21,743 nucleotides of DNA from Vicugna vicugna (GCA_013265495.1 MU058205.1:508312-530054); one strand, 5' to 3'. Counted from the stretch's first letter, positions 1 through 11,992 are shown. The notes: generated by a model not told the origin, from the sequence alone. Translations and numbers: made by a program.

Positions 1-46
1 CTGGTCTCCCGTTGTTCTCGCGCGCCCATCGCCTGAGAGAGGATCT

Positions 47-400
47 CTTTTTCAGTGAAGTATAGTTGATTTACAATGTTGTGTTAGTTTCAAATGTACA
101 ACAAAGTGATTCATTTATACACATATATATACTCCCTCAGATTCTTTCCCATGATAGGTTATTACAAGACATTGACTACAGTTCCCTGTGCTGTATGGTA
201 GGGCCTTGTTGTTTGTCTATTTTACGTATAGTAGTGTGTGTATGTTAATCCCAAACTCCCAATTTATGCCTCCTCCCCTCCCTTTTCCCCTTTGGTGACC
301 GTAGTCTGTTTTCTACGTCTGTGAGTCTGTTTCTGGTTTGTAAATAGGTTCATTTGTGTCATTTTTTTTTTTAAAGATTCCACATATAAGAGATATCATA
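47..400 (-). mobile_element. L1 3' UTR fragment (cetartiodactyl-type), 5'-truncated
   Basis: Antisense L1 end motifs gaagtatagttgatttacaatgttgtgttagtttc, gttccctgtgctgta and gattccacatataag; similar to 8295-8630. Confidence 0.88.
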
Positions 401-1159
401 CCTTTACTCTGAATATTTCTTTGGAGTGAGAAGGGAGCTGCTGCTGTTTCTCTCCTTTCTTCTCTTAAACCATCCTCTAGAGATCAGTCAGACTGATGTA
501 ATTAGGGTTTATTCCCCATTCCTAATAACTCCATTAGAATATTTGCCAGTAAAAATAATTTGAGGGAAAACCTTTGACTCTTCTGCATCCTGTAACTTGT
601 CTTTGGACGTCACTGCTTTCTCTGCCAGCCTAATCTTGGGAACAGACTGAATTCCATTTGTCTGAAGAACACTTGACTTCTGCTTCTCTGCAGCTGTGAA
701 TATGGATCAAAAGCTAGAATGACGTGCAGGGTATTATCATTTAAACGCTGGATAAAGTAAGGCAGATGTAAAGGGTAGCACACTGCAACACAACACGTCA
801 GTCAAATTAACGCTGTCTGCAAATCACCTTCCCTTGTAATCCCTGCTAAGCTTTCTAAGCAAACATAAGTTCATGCTGAGAGAGATTTGGCCAATATAAA
901 TAAATCCCTGATAGTGCCGATATGATACGTGGAGGACTCGTCCTTTGTTATTCTGCCACAGCCAAATGCAACCCTCCTCGACTCAGATTGGTGAATGCTT
1001 GTATGACAACACTTAGTGATCTTTGTCTTTTAATACTTTCTTTCTCATGGGCTGTGTTTCTGGCATTTAAGAAGTCTTAAAAAGCAGCTGATGATAGTTA
1101 GATATGAGGGAGGATACTATTCATAAAGTGCTAATAAATTATGAATAAGAGGATGAGGT

Positions 1160-1291
1160 GGGGGAGGATATAGCTCAAATGGTAGAACGCCTGCTTTAGC
1201 ATGCACAAGGTCCTGGGTTCAATCTCCAGTCAATCCTCAAAATAAATAAATAAATAAATAAACCTAATTACCACTCCCTACCAAAAAAAAA
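1160..1291 (+). mobile_element. Vic-1-type camelid tRNA-derived SINE
   Basis: GGGGGAGG head, A box TAGCTCAAATGG, B box GGTTCAATCTCC, (AAAT)n, AAACCTAATTACC, A tail; similar to four other copies in the window. Confidence 0.88.
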
Positions 1292-1400
1292 TATGAAAAC
1301 GAATATATGTATGTGTATGCAAGACTGGGACATAGTGCTGCACACCAGAAACTGACACACAGTAATTGACTGTACTTCAATAAAAAATGAAAATTAAAAA
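1291..1400 (+). mobile_element. Extreme 3' end (about 110 bp) of a young L1, sense
   Basis: Closely matches the reverse complement of 14532-14627; AATAAA at 1379-1384 followed by an A-rich tail. Confidence 0.85.
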
Positions 1401-1505
1401 GAGGGTATATTTTAGAGGGAGGTTTATCATTTTTCAAATATGAATGTTTAATCTTCCAGAAAAGAAACTGGGGACTTAAAAACACAGCCTCTCTCCCTCT
1501 TTTGT

Positions 1506-1545
1506 TGTAATTAAAAATATTATTATGTAATTAAGAATATTACTA
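1506..1545. repeat. 20-bp tandem duplication
   Basis: tgtaattaaaaatattatta / tgtaattaagaatattacta, 18/20 identical. Confidence 0.75.
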
Positions 1546-2304
1546 AGATGTGCTCACTCAGTTACAGTACTGTGGCTTTGGTTCACTTGCTTACATTGGT
1601 TATTACCAGAGTCCTCATAAAATAAACACCCCATCTTTGCTGCAGGGACTTGGCAGATCTGATTTGCACTTCAGTCAACTCCCCATTGTGACAAAGCATA
1701 TCTCTTTCAAGACTAGACCGCAAGCTCTTTGAAAGCAGGGGACCGCTCACGTGGCTTCCCGACCCGTTCCCGACCACAGCCATCAGGGAGTGCTGGGCGA
1801 GCCTTTGGTCTGATTCTGCTTGGGAGGGGGTGTATTATCCTCTCAGTTACAGAATATGAAGCAAAAAGCCAGGATGAAAAGGACACCCAACTTGAGGATG
1901 TACTTTAATTCTTGTCTTTATGGTAGAAGTCGAACAGTTTTTATATTGTGTGTTATATAAATGCAAATCTAATGAACACCTCTTCACAGACCACGTTGTC
2001 TGAACTAAAGCGGTCACATGAGTGTCCTTTATGAGAATGGACGGCCCTCTGAGAAGTCACATCTGAGACCAGCCCCCAGCGCAGGGCAGAGGTGCCTTTG
2101 CTCCACTCCTGGTGCTGCAGCCCTTGACCGCTGCCTGGTTGAATGTAGCTCTGTACCTCCCAAGAGAGCTGGTTGGTGGAAGCTGGTCGGTCTGGGGGTA
2201 CGAGAGCCCGGAGGCAGGTGTGCCCATCAGGCACTTTGGGGAGCTGAGTGCCCTGCCCTGGGTGCAGACATCAGGCGACCTGAATCTGCTCACCAAACAT
2301 TCAG

Positions 2305-2350
2305 AAGCCCAGCAGTTGGTAGTTATTAAGTAAATATTTGTTGAATGAGC
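2305..2350 (+). mobile_element. Possible L2 3' terminus remnant
   Basis: gtagttattaagtaaatatttgttgaatga resembles the L2 tail aataaatatttgttgaatga. Confidence 0.45.
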
Positions 2351-2494
2351 TCTTCTAGTTCTAAATCCATGTTTACTAAACCATCTTCTGATTATAAACT
2401 GACTCTACGTGACCAAAAATAAAATATTTTTTAAATTATGCTTAAAGGAGATTTCTGTTTGATAGATAATACATGGTTAGTTCTTGCGATCATT

Positions 2495-3070
2495 TTATCA
2501 GGTGGAGGGTTTCCAGCTGCAAGTGACAGAAAACCCAGCTCAAAATGCTGTGGGGGGAGGGCAGAGCTCAGTGGTGAGCACATGCTAGGCGTGCACAAGG
2601 TCCTGGGTTCAATCCCCAGTACCCTCTCCAAAAATGAATAAATAAGTAAACCTAATTACCTCCGACCCCCCAATTTTTTAAATTCCTCCCATCATAGGGG
2701 ATAGCTGTAGACGAGGTTCCAGGGCTCGCTGGTTCAGAAGCTCAGCTGTGCCAGCAGGAACCTAAAGTCTTCGCACCTCTCTCCTCTGGCAGTATTAGCC
2801 TCATCCCTCACCCTCTCCGAGTCATAAAACAGCTACTGTTTGTCAGCTGGGTGCCCTTCCTTGTTTATGAAATACAGTCCTTCCTCCCTGTCTGTTTGGG
2901 CCATGTTAGGTCAGATGCCCGCCCCGGAGCAGTTACAGGCCAGGAGAATGCCTCACACTGATTAGGCCGATCCTGTGTTTCTTTCTGATCCAGGGAGGAG
3001 GGGGCTGGGAATGACCATAATTGGTTTACAGTAACCAGCACCTGTCCCAGAACACTGGGGGTCATGTCCC
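2495..3070. mobile_element. Ancient ERVL-type LTR (LTR33-like), interrupted by a SINE
   Basis: gctgcaagtgacagaaaacccagctcaaa and later ctgattaggcc...gggaatgaccataattggttta resemble LTR33-group motifs from memory; ends approximate. Confidence 0.45.
2552..2682 (+). mobile_element. Vic-1-type SINE
   Basis: ggggggagggcagagctcagtgg...ggtcctgggttcaatccccagtacc...aaacctaattacctcc. Confidence 0.88.
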
Positions 3071-4442
3071 CCTAGATTACTTCGGCCCCTTGGGAGAATG
3101 ACTGTTGGGCAGACAACTTCTACTGCAATAGCATCTCCTCTAGTCTCCAAAAATGTCGGCCGCACTGCGGTTTGAACGTGTCGGCACCAGCTGGTGGTCT
3201 TCCTGGAGTAGGTGACGGACTTTGGCGGTCCTCCCCACCGCCCCTCCTGCAGCGAGGACGTGGTCAGCGCTGCCCAGCTGCAGGCCTCCGCCTCGGGCAC
3301 ATACCGGTTAGAGGCCCTCGTCATCTCGGAAAGATCGAAATCTCTCTTGTTATCTTGCAGACACAGCATACTTGCATTTGATCTTAGTTCTTACTGTCTT
3401 TTGTGAATCTGATAAAAAACATTGGGTGCTTTGAAGACTGCCGTTCACAGAACCGCTTTGACCGCGATGCTGCTTTGGAGGGAAAATGGAAGCTGGTTAT
3501 TTGGTGACCATTGCTCTTTCCCCACTTTTCATAAATTAGCACCTTGAGTAGTTTTGTCATGAATATGCATGTAAACTAGGATGCTCTACCTGTATGAGAA
3601 CGAAGCCCTTATTTTAGATTCCCTTTTAATATTAAAATCCAGAGACCTTAGTCTAGATGTTGACTGATCAAACATTATTGGTAAAATTGATATTAAAACC
3701 AGTTCCTTTAATTAGTCACAACTGTAAAAGCATGAGCTAAAAGTGACCCATCTCTGTATTTCTTACGATATGCATTATTGAGTAATAAAGTTAATTTTCC
3801 CTTGTTACATTTTCCTAAGAGCAGGGTTATTTCATGTGATAAAGGAGCTTTCAGATCAGTATCTCCAAGTAAGATTCTTCTGATATTTACCTATTATTCT
3901 GTTTCCATTTTACCTGGAAAACTTCCCTTATTGAGAAACCATTCGTGTGTTGGCCTGAATTACAATGCTAATCTCTAGGTAAAGGGGGAAGTTAGAATAA
4001 TCTACACTAAGTACTTGGCACCATGTCGTCCCCACAAGAGCCCCCCACTCCCCTTTTCAGGCCATGAGCTGATCCCTCTCCAGGTGTGACACCCACGGCC
4101 TCTCCGTCCACCTCTTCCTCCTCCTTCAGCTGCACACGCTCTGCAGATCCTGACCCCGGCCTCCCAGCCGCCCGCCTTGCCTGCTGCTGTGCAGACAAAG
4201 CTCCCTTTAGATGGAGATCGCTGTGGATTCCTGGTCTCTGCGGTACGCAGTAATACTTAGCAGTCCTTTTTCCTATCCTGGCCATCTCACTTTTTCTCCA
4301 CGTCTGCTGTTTTATACTTTCACTAATCTCTTCAAGCCTTTTGTCTCACCTCCAGGACATGCCCCTTCCTCCCCTCCCCTTCTCCAACCTGTATTTACCT
4401 CCAGACTTAACCTTAACCCTTTTCCTGTTGTCTCAGAAGAAA

Positions 4443-4992
4443 TGTTAGCAGATACAAGGACCCTGAAATTAGGAAGAGACCCACCAAAGTGTGGGTGCTT
4501 GCCGCCGGATGTGAAAGGGCTCACAGCAGAGGCAGAGGGGCAAAGTGAATGACTGCTTTATTACTTCAGAAGAGGAAAAGGAAAGAAAACGTTGGAGCAG
4601 GGAAGAGGAAAGCACTGGAGCGGGGAGCCGGCAGCCGAGATGGCCCGTCGAGATAGCTCCAGGCTGGGCCATGTGGACTTTCATGGGAGGCTTCTGTCCT
4701 CATGTCTTCCTTCCGGGTGTGATGGAGCCAATCGCCCTGTCTTCCGTGCTTGTATGGGCTTTTCCTGTTGCTGTCATGGCGCTGGTGGGTGTGTCGCTTA
4801 GCAGCTCATACACTGCAGCGTGCTTGAGGCTCCACTGGAAGGCAGATGCTCCGCCATCTTGGGCTCAGCTGGTTCTAACCAGTTCTTGTTTCTTCTCTTT
4901 GCAGCAGCTTCCTGAGACTTAGATAAGAGTAACTGGTTTCTATTCAGAGGAGGGGCAGGGGTATGATCCTGGGGACAACAGCCTTGGTAACA
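4443..4992 (-). mobile_element. ERV1-class solo LTR (550 bp)
   Basis: Inverted termini TGTTA...TAACA; minus strand carries CCAAGATGGCGG and AATAAA (tttatt at about 4557); flanks gaaa/aaaa. Family not assigned. Confidence 0.6.
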
Positions 4993-5347
4993 AAAAAGAA
5001 AGTTACTTTGAATCAGCATGCTGGCAATCTGGTGGACCCAGTGTCTCCCCTGCCCTCTGCAAAAAACCGTCTCCAAAGATTCTGCCCAGCCATAAACAAG
5101 AGGCAGGGGTTGGGGGCCAGAGAGGGTGGGGCCTTAAGGAGGACCTGGGACCCTGCCCCAAGGCTGCACTGCTCCTCCTCTGTCTCTGCACTCCCTCCCT
5201 TCCCAGATTAGCTCCTGTTTCAGTCTGCCCTTTGGAACTCAGGGAAGATGAAGGAGGCAGAATGAAGCCTATTTCCTACAAACAGAGAACAGGGAACACA
5301 GAACGATCTGTACCAGGGAGGACCCCTCGGGGTCCCGCCTAGTATCA
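4993..5347 (-). mobile_element. Second ERV1-class LTR, abutting or interrupted by the first
   Basis: ctgccctttggaactcagggaag...gaatgaagcctatttcctacaaac...ggggtcccgcctagtatCA resembles a laurasiatherian ERV1 LTR end from memory; the minus strand starts TGA. Confidence 0.62.
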
Positions 5348-8285
5348 GAAAGGAGGTCTCTCTTCGTTTCTGAGACTAAGCTCTACCTTCCGCCTCAGAC
5401 CTCATGTCTCAAGTCTCAGAAACTCCTGCACCCAAGCATCCCTTTCTTTTTCTGCTGGTACCTTCCTGTCTGCTGGCCGTCCCCACCACACCCTCCGTTC
5501 CTGCCCCATCTCTTTCCATCACAGCCAGGGTCCCGCTGAGAGTCGGCAGTGCTTTTTATCTGCGGCGTGTCACTTCCTCGGCTCTTGGGCTGACCGCTTT
5601 CGGCCCCCCTCGCGTGGACCTGGTTGTACTCGGGGCGCCAGTGGGTGCGCCCAGGGCCTTTGCAGCCTCTGTAACTTAGCCGCTCTTCACAGCCAGCCCT
5701 TATAGCAACTGCTTCCCCATCTCCCCCGTGGCTCACAGGTGTTTGATCTTTCATCTCTCTGGATCTGCACGCGGTATTTTGTCACAAAATGGACACGTCC
5801 TCAGAACCCTCAGGATTTCTTATCTCAGTCAGCAGTGTCACGAAGGAGCTGCTTCCCTAAGCCAGAAACGAAGGAACCTTCTCAGACGGCTCCACTGTCC
5901 CCGCACCGTTTCTACCAGGAAGTGAACTGCGTGGAATGAATCCTGCAGTCAAGGCCATCTGCCTTTGCTCCCTCTCTGACCTTTGGGAATCTTGTGGGGG
6001 AAGCTACGAAGGCAAAGGTCATCTGGTGTACTCCCTCGGACGGAGCTTCCCTAAAGGCTGAAGGTCATCGCTGACCGTCAGTTGTGGAGCAAACATGCTG
6101 TGCTCTTCCACGCACTTCCTGGCCGGGTTCCCACTGTCAGTGGTTGTCGTTGTGCTCGGAGCTCAGTCTTACTTTAGCACGGGCCACCACTCGGCTGGGG
6201 TCTGGGAAACTCAGCGTTGCTTGAAATGAGTGTGAAAACAAGTCAGTAAGTTTCAAGTGAGGTTTCTCCCTTGGAGTTAATGCTTTGGCTTTGTGTTAGC
6301 TATTTCAGTGGAGGCCATTTTTTCCAGACCTATATTTTTGTCTGTGTTCCTGAATGGCTGACTTTTGCCCAAGACTGATTTCTAATTATTTGATATCATT
6401 TCTGTTATCTCATTTAACATTTCTCATGCAGAATTAAAAATAGCCTAGTAGCGTGTAGCTGGTTTAGATTTTCTATTTTGGGGATGTGCTCTTTCCCCTG
6501 CCCTGAAGCTTCATTCCTTCCGAGGACACCCTCATCAGGTGAATGTAATTATCACGAATGGGATGCAAAAAATTTCTTTGTGATTTTGAGCAAATTAGCA
6601 TCCGCTATAATGAAACAACATCAAATCCAATTAAAGTAGATACAATTGTTTAAGTAGTTCTTACTTAAACTATCTTATACAACCTAGCAATGTATCTTAC
6701 ACAGCCCTCCATTCATTGCTGTGTCGTATGACTGTGTACCTGCTCCTCTGAAGACTTTGTAGCTGTTAAGCACTGTACACGTGACATATATACATGATGT
6801 GCAATGTGTATGTCATTTCAACTTCAAGAAAGGAAAGAGAAAAAGAAAGAAAAATCCTACAGATTTTAAAAACAAAATAAGTCAGTAACACTGGTGCACT
6901 TTGTACCAGAATCACAGATGTGGGCGTGGTGTGTGAGAGCCTCACTGCTGTAAAAAACCAGCAAGCCTCACACCCCGAGGAGAGAACGTCAGGTTTTGTA
7001 GATCCGTCTCTTGGCTCTCGGTTCCAAGGAGGGCTGTGAAATCCAAATTCCCTCATCAACAGGAGGAGTTTAGCTGAACCTCTTCATAAAGTTGGATCCT
7101 TGTCACCTACGGGGAATGTGATTGCCCACTGGGGTGCTTGGTTTTATTTGTGTCAACCAAGCTCAGATATCTCCAGACAGAAAAATACCGGGATGCACAG
7201 CCTGGTGCCTCACCTGCTGCTCCTTCCTTCTGGGTACCGTTTCCCCCTTGAGGCACATCCTTTGGTAATCCTTTCTGTTTGGATGTGTGTAGTAAACTTA
7301 CAGTCATTGTCTGATAAAATCACCTATTCTAATTTTTATAAAACTTTCTGAGATCATCATGGATTCACAGGCAGTTTTAAGAACAGAGATCTCATGTACC
7401 CTTTACTCTGTTTTCCCCAGTGGTCACATTGCAGAACTGTCATGACATCACAACCAGGATACTGATGCTGCCCCGGCTACTGACACAGATCACTTCTGTC
7501 AGCACAAAGATCTCTCCTGTGCCCTTTTGGAGACACATACTCTTCCTCCCTGCTCCCCCCACCTCCTTAGCCCCTGGCAACCACTGATCTGTTCATCATT
7601 TCTGTAATTCCTTTGTTTCAGGAGTGTTCTGTAAATGGCCTCACGCAGTGCGTAATCTTTCAGGACTGACTTTTCCACGCAGCGTGATTCTCTGCAGAGC
7701 CGTCCGGCTTACTGCTTGTATCAGCAGTTCACTCCCTACTCACTTATTGCCGAGTATTATTATTCTTTGGTATGAACGTACTCATTTGTTTAACCAGTCA
7801 CCTGTTGCAGAACATCTGGGTGGTTTGCAGTTCGGGGCTATGACAAATAAAGCTACTGCAGACATTCATGGGCAGGGTTTTGTGTGATCGTTAAGTCTTC
7901 AGTTTTCTGGGATAAACGCCTAGGGGTGCAGTTGCTCAGTCATGGTGGTTGCGTGTTTAGTTTTTTTTGAGAAACTGTCAATTTTCCAGATTAGCTATAC
8001 CATGTTATATTTCTACCAGCAGTGTAGGAGTGATCTAATTTCTGTGCATCCTCGCCAGGATTTGGTGTTGTCACTACTTTTTATTTTAGCCTTTCTGATA
8101 GGTGTGTAGTGACACCTCATTATGGTTTTAAATTACATTTCCCTAGTTTATTGGCTAACATTTTTTTTAGTTGGCTAACGATCTTAAACATATTTTCACA
8201 TGCTCATTTGCCACATGTGTTATCTTTTTCAGTGAAATGTCTCTTCATGTCTTATGCCCATTTTCTACTTGGGTTGTTTGATTTT

Positions 8286-8721
8286 GTAATTAATTTTTTT
8301 GTTGAATTACAGTTGATTTACAATATTTTGTTAGTTTCAGTTGTATAGCAAAGTGATTCAGTTATATATATATTTCAGATTGTTTTCCAGTATAGGTCAT
8401 TACATGATACTGAATATAGTTCCCTGTGCTCTACAGTAAATCCTTGTTGCTTTTCTATTTTACATATAGTAGTTTATATCTACTAATTCCATACTCCTAA
8501 TTTATCCCTCCCCCTCTCCGTTTCCCCTTTGGTAAACATAAGTTTGTTTCCTATGTCTGTGAGTCTGCTTCTGTTTGGTATATACATTCATTATATAATT
8601 TTTTAGATTCCATAGATAAGTGATATCACATAATATTTGTCTTTCTCCATCTGACTTAATATTCTCTATGTTGCTGCAGTGGCATTATTTCATTCTTTTT
8701 TATGGCTGAGTAATATTCCTG

Positions 8722-8767
<46 letters not shown>

Positions 8768-10322
8768 GCACATCTTCTTAATCCAGTCATCTATTGATGG
8801 GCACTTGCATTGTTTCCATGTCTGGGCTCTTGTAAATAGTGCTGCTGTGAACATTGGGATGCATATGTCTTTTCAAATTAGAGGCTTTTTTCATCTTTTC
8901 TGGATATATGCCCAGGATTGGGATGGTTGGATCATATCATAGCCCTATTTTTAGTTTTTTGAGGAACCTCCATACTCTTCTCCATAGTGGCTGCACTAAT
9001 TTACATTCCTACCAGCAGTGTAAGAGGGTTCCCTTTTCTCCACACCCTCTCCAGCATTCATTATTTGTAGACTTTTTTGATGACTGCCATTCTGACCAGC
9101 GTCAGGTGGTACCTCACGGTGGTTCTGATTTGCATTTTTCTGATGAGCAGTGATGCTGAGCATCTTTTCGTGTGCCTGTGGGCCATCTGTGTGTCTTCTT
9201 TGGAGAAATGTCTATTTAGGTCTTCTGCCTATTTTTGATTATGTTGTTTACTTTCTTGTTATTGAGTTGTATGAGCTGTTTGTGCATTTTGGAAATTAAG
9301 CCCTTGTTGTTCACATCATTTGCAAATATTTTCTCCCATTCCATAGGTTGTCTCTTCATTTTGTTGATGGTTTCCTTTGCTGTGCAAAAGCTTTAAGACT
9401 GATTAGGTCCCATTTGTTTGTTTTTATTTCTCTGCCTGGGGAGACTGCTCTAAGGGAATATTGCTGTCATTTATGTCAGAGAGTGTTTTATCTATGTTCT
9501 CTTCTAGGAGATTTATGGTGTCATGTCATGTGGTTTTGATTTGCATTTTCCTGATGAGCAGTGATGCTGAGCATCTTTTCATGTGCCTGTTGGCCATTTG
9601 CAGGTCTTCAAACCATTCTGAGTTTATTTTTGTATGTGGTGGGAAGGCATCTAATTTCATTGATTTACTTGTAGCTGTCCAGCTCTTCCAGCCCTACTTG
9701 TTCAAGAGACTGTCTTTTCTCCATTGTATATTCTTGCCTCCCTTGTCATAGATAGATTGACTGTAGGTTTATTTCTGGGCTCTCTGTTCTAGTCCACTGA
9801 TCGATATGTCTGTTTTTGTGCCAATACCATGCTCTTTTGATTACTATAGCTTTATAGTATAGTCTGAAGTCTGGGAGGGTCATGCCTCCAGCTTTATTCT
9901 TTTTCCTCAGGATTGCTTTGGCAATTCTGCATCTTTTGTGGTTCCATATAAATTTTAGGATTATTGTTCTAGTTCTGTGAAAAATGTCCTAGGTAATTTG
10001 ATAGAGATTGCATTAATCTGTAGATTGGATAGTATGGCCGTTTTAACAATAGTAATTCTTCCAGTCCAAGAGCAAGAGATATCTTTCCATTTCTTGTTAT
10101 CACCTTCAGTTTCCTTTTCAATGGTTTGTGTTTTTCAGTGTATAGGTCTTTCACCTCTTTGGTTAAGTTTATACCTCGGTATTTTTTTTGGATGCAATTT
10201 TAAGTGGGATTTGTTTTTTAACTTTCTGATATTTTATTATTATTGTGAAGAAATGCAACAGATTTCTGTATGTTAATCTTGTATCCTGCTACCTTGTTGA
10301 ATTCATTTATTAGTTCTAGAAA
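8286..10322 (-). mobile_element. Younger 5'-truncated L1 (about 2 kb; 3' UTR plus ORF2 C-terminal part) nested in the old L1
   Basis: TSD tgggttgtttgatttt (8270-8285) / tgggttgtttaatttt (10323-10338); T tract at the left end; minus [16 protein letters not shown] resembles ORF2 KDLY.ENYK.L. Confidence 0.92.
8725..8766. repeat. (GT)21 microsatellite
   Basis: Perfect 42-bp dinucleotide run inside the L1. Confidence 0.97.
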
Positions 10323-11451
10323 TGGGTTGTTTAATTTTTTTTTACTGTGTTTTGAGAGGTTTTTTTTTTAATTAATTTATATATATTCTAGATGCTAGTC
10401 CTACATTGGATATTTTGCAGATTTTTCACTCAGTCTGTAGCTTGTCTTTTCTCTTAACAAAGTTTTCTATAAAGCAAATGTTTTCTATTTTGATGAAGTC
10501 CAATTTATCAATTTTTCCTTTTATAGATTTTGGGGGTGAGGAGCATCCAATCCAGTCTCAGACCTCTTTACTTTGTCCTGAAGATCTCCTATTTTTCCTT
10601 AAAGTTTTATATTAATGTTGTACCTTTTAAGTCTGTGGTCTATTTTCAGTTAATTCTGCATAAGGTATGAGACTTAGGTCAAGGCCCTTTTTCTTGCCCC
10701 TTGTGGATGTCCAGTTGCTTCAGCACCATTTGTTGAAAAGGCTCACTTTCTTCTGTTAAATGGTTTTTGCGCCTCCAAAAGCAGCTGGACACATTAACGT
10801 GGGTCTGTTTCTTAGTTCTCTGTGCTGTTCCGTTGATGAGTGTGTCTCTCCCCCTGCTCACCCCTCACAGTTGTGATTACTGTGTCAGATGAAGTGATCC
10901 TTTCCACTGTTTCTTTTCCAAAATTGTTTTTGCTATGCTAGTTCCTTTGTCTTTCCATATAAATTTTAGAATCACCTTATCTGTATCTACCAAAAAGACT
11001 TGCTAGAAATAGGAAATTGTCTTAAACATAGGCATCAGTTTGGAGAGAATTAGCATCTTTGCTTTGTCCAGTCTTTAATCCATGGACACAGTGTGTCTTT
11101 CTATTTATTTAGAGGGGTTTTTTTTTCTTTCATCAGCATTATGTAGTTTTTAGCATAGAAATCCTTCCCATGTTTTGTTAGATTTATGCCATTTTTTTCA
11201 GTGATTATAAGTGGTATTATATTTTAAGTCTTGATGCTGATGTGTTTGTTGTTAGTATATAGAAATGCGATTGATTTTTATATCCTACAGTCTTGACCTT
11301 GCTTAACTCACTTACCAGTGATAGGAGGTTTTATTTTTTTTTTAAGAGTCCTTCGATTTTTCTTTGTAGGCAATCATTATCTGCCAATAGGAGCAATTTT
11401 ATTTCTTCCTTTTTGATCTGTGTACCTTTGTTTCCTTACTTTGTATGCCTT

Positions 11452-11490
11452 ACTCTTATTTAATATCACACAGGGATATTAAATAAGAGT
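11452..11490. repeat. Perfect 16-bp inverted repeat with 7-nt spacer
   Basis: actcttatttaatatc-acacagg-gatattaaataagagt. Confidence 0.93.
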
Positions 11491-11494
11491 GGTG

Positions 11495-11992
11495 GGATAC
11501 GATCCAGCAATCCCATTCCTGGGCACATATCTGGAGGGAACTCTAATTCAGAAAGATACATGCACCCCAGTGTTCACAGCAGCACTGTATACAACAGCCA
11601 AGACGTGGAAGCAGCCTAAATGTCCATCGATAAATGACTGGATAAAGAAGTTGCCTATATTTATACAATGGTACTCAGCAATAAAAAAGAATAAAATAAT
11701 GCCATTTACAGCGACATGGATGGATCTGGAGATCGTCATTCTAAGTGAAGTAAGCCAGAAAGAGAAAGAAATATACCATATGGTATCACTCATATGGGGA
11801 ATCTAAAAAAAGAGGAAAAAAAGAAAGAAAAAAGAGGACTAATAAATTCCTCTACAAAACAGAAACAGACTCGCAGACATAGTAAATGATCTTATGGTTA
11901 CTGGGGGGGGAGGGGTTGGGAAGGCATAAATTTGGGGGTTTGAGATTTGCACATGTTAACCACTATATATAAAAATAGATTTAAAAGAAAAA
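11495..11992 (+). mobile_element. Young L1 fragment, sense (ORF2 C-terminus plus partial 3' UTR)
   Basis: ORF 11489-11806 YDPAIPFLG...WKQPKCPS...MPFTATWMDLEIVILSEVSQ is the L1 ORF2p C-terminus; TSD aagagtggtg at 11485-11494 and 11993-12002. Confidence 0.93.

Noticed and set aside
1..40. RAB4A exon 1, CpG island or a HRES-1-like sequence (described at human RAB4A)
   Set aside because: Only a few CpGs at the window edge; no exon 1 coding sequence is visible and nothing here supports a HRES-1 homologue.
1160..1235. tRNA-like heads with A and B boxes (also at 2552, 15837, 18211, 19738)
   Set aside because: All continue into the same SINE body and A-rich tail, one has a perfect TSD, and they are mutually diverged; these are SINEs, not tRNA genes.
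3342..3408. Cryptic exon after ctctcttgttatcttgcAG
   Set aside because: The acceptor is plausible but the nearest donor (TTT|GTGAAT) is weak and there is no other support.
2962..5939. Longer ORFs (135, 125, 113, 112 aa) in the GC-rich part of intron 1
   Set aside because: No recognisable domains; they overlap in several frames and cross LTR boundaries, as expected by chance in GC-rich DNA.
4020..5945. Degraded L2 flanking the LTR pair
   Set aside because: Pyrimidine-rich and ends in gaatgaat, but too diverged to support without a profile search.
11489..11806. 105-aa ORF as a host gene
   Set aside because: It is a 5'-truncated, damaged L1 ORF2p C-terminus, and its start codon lies in the TSD.
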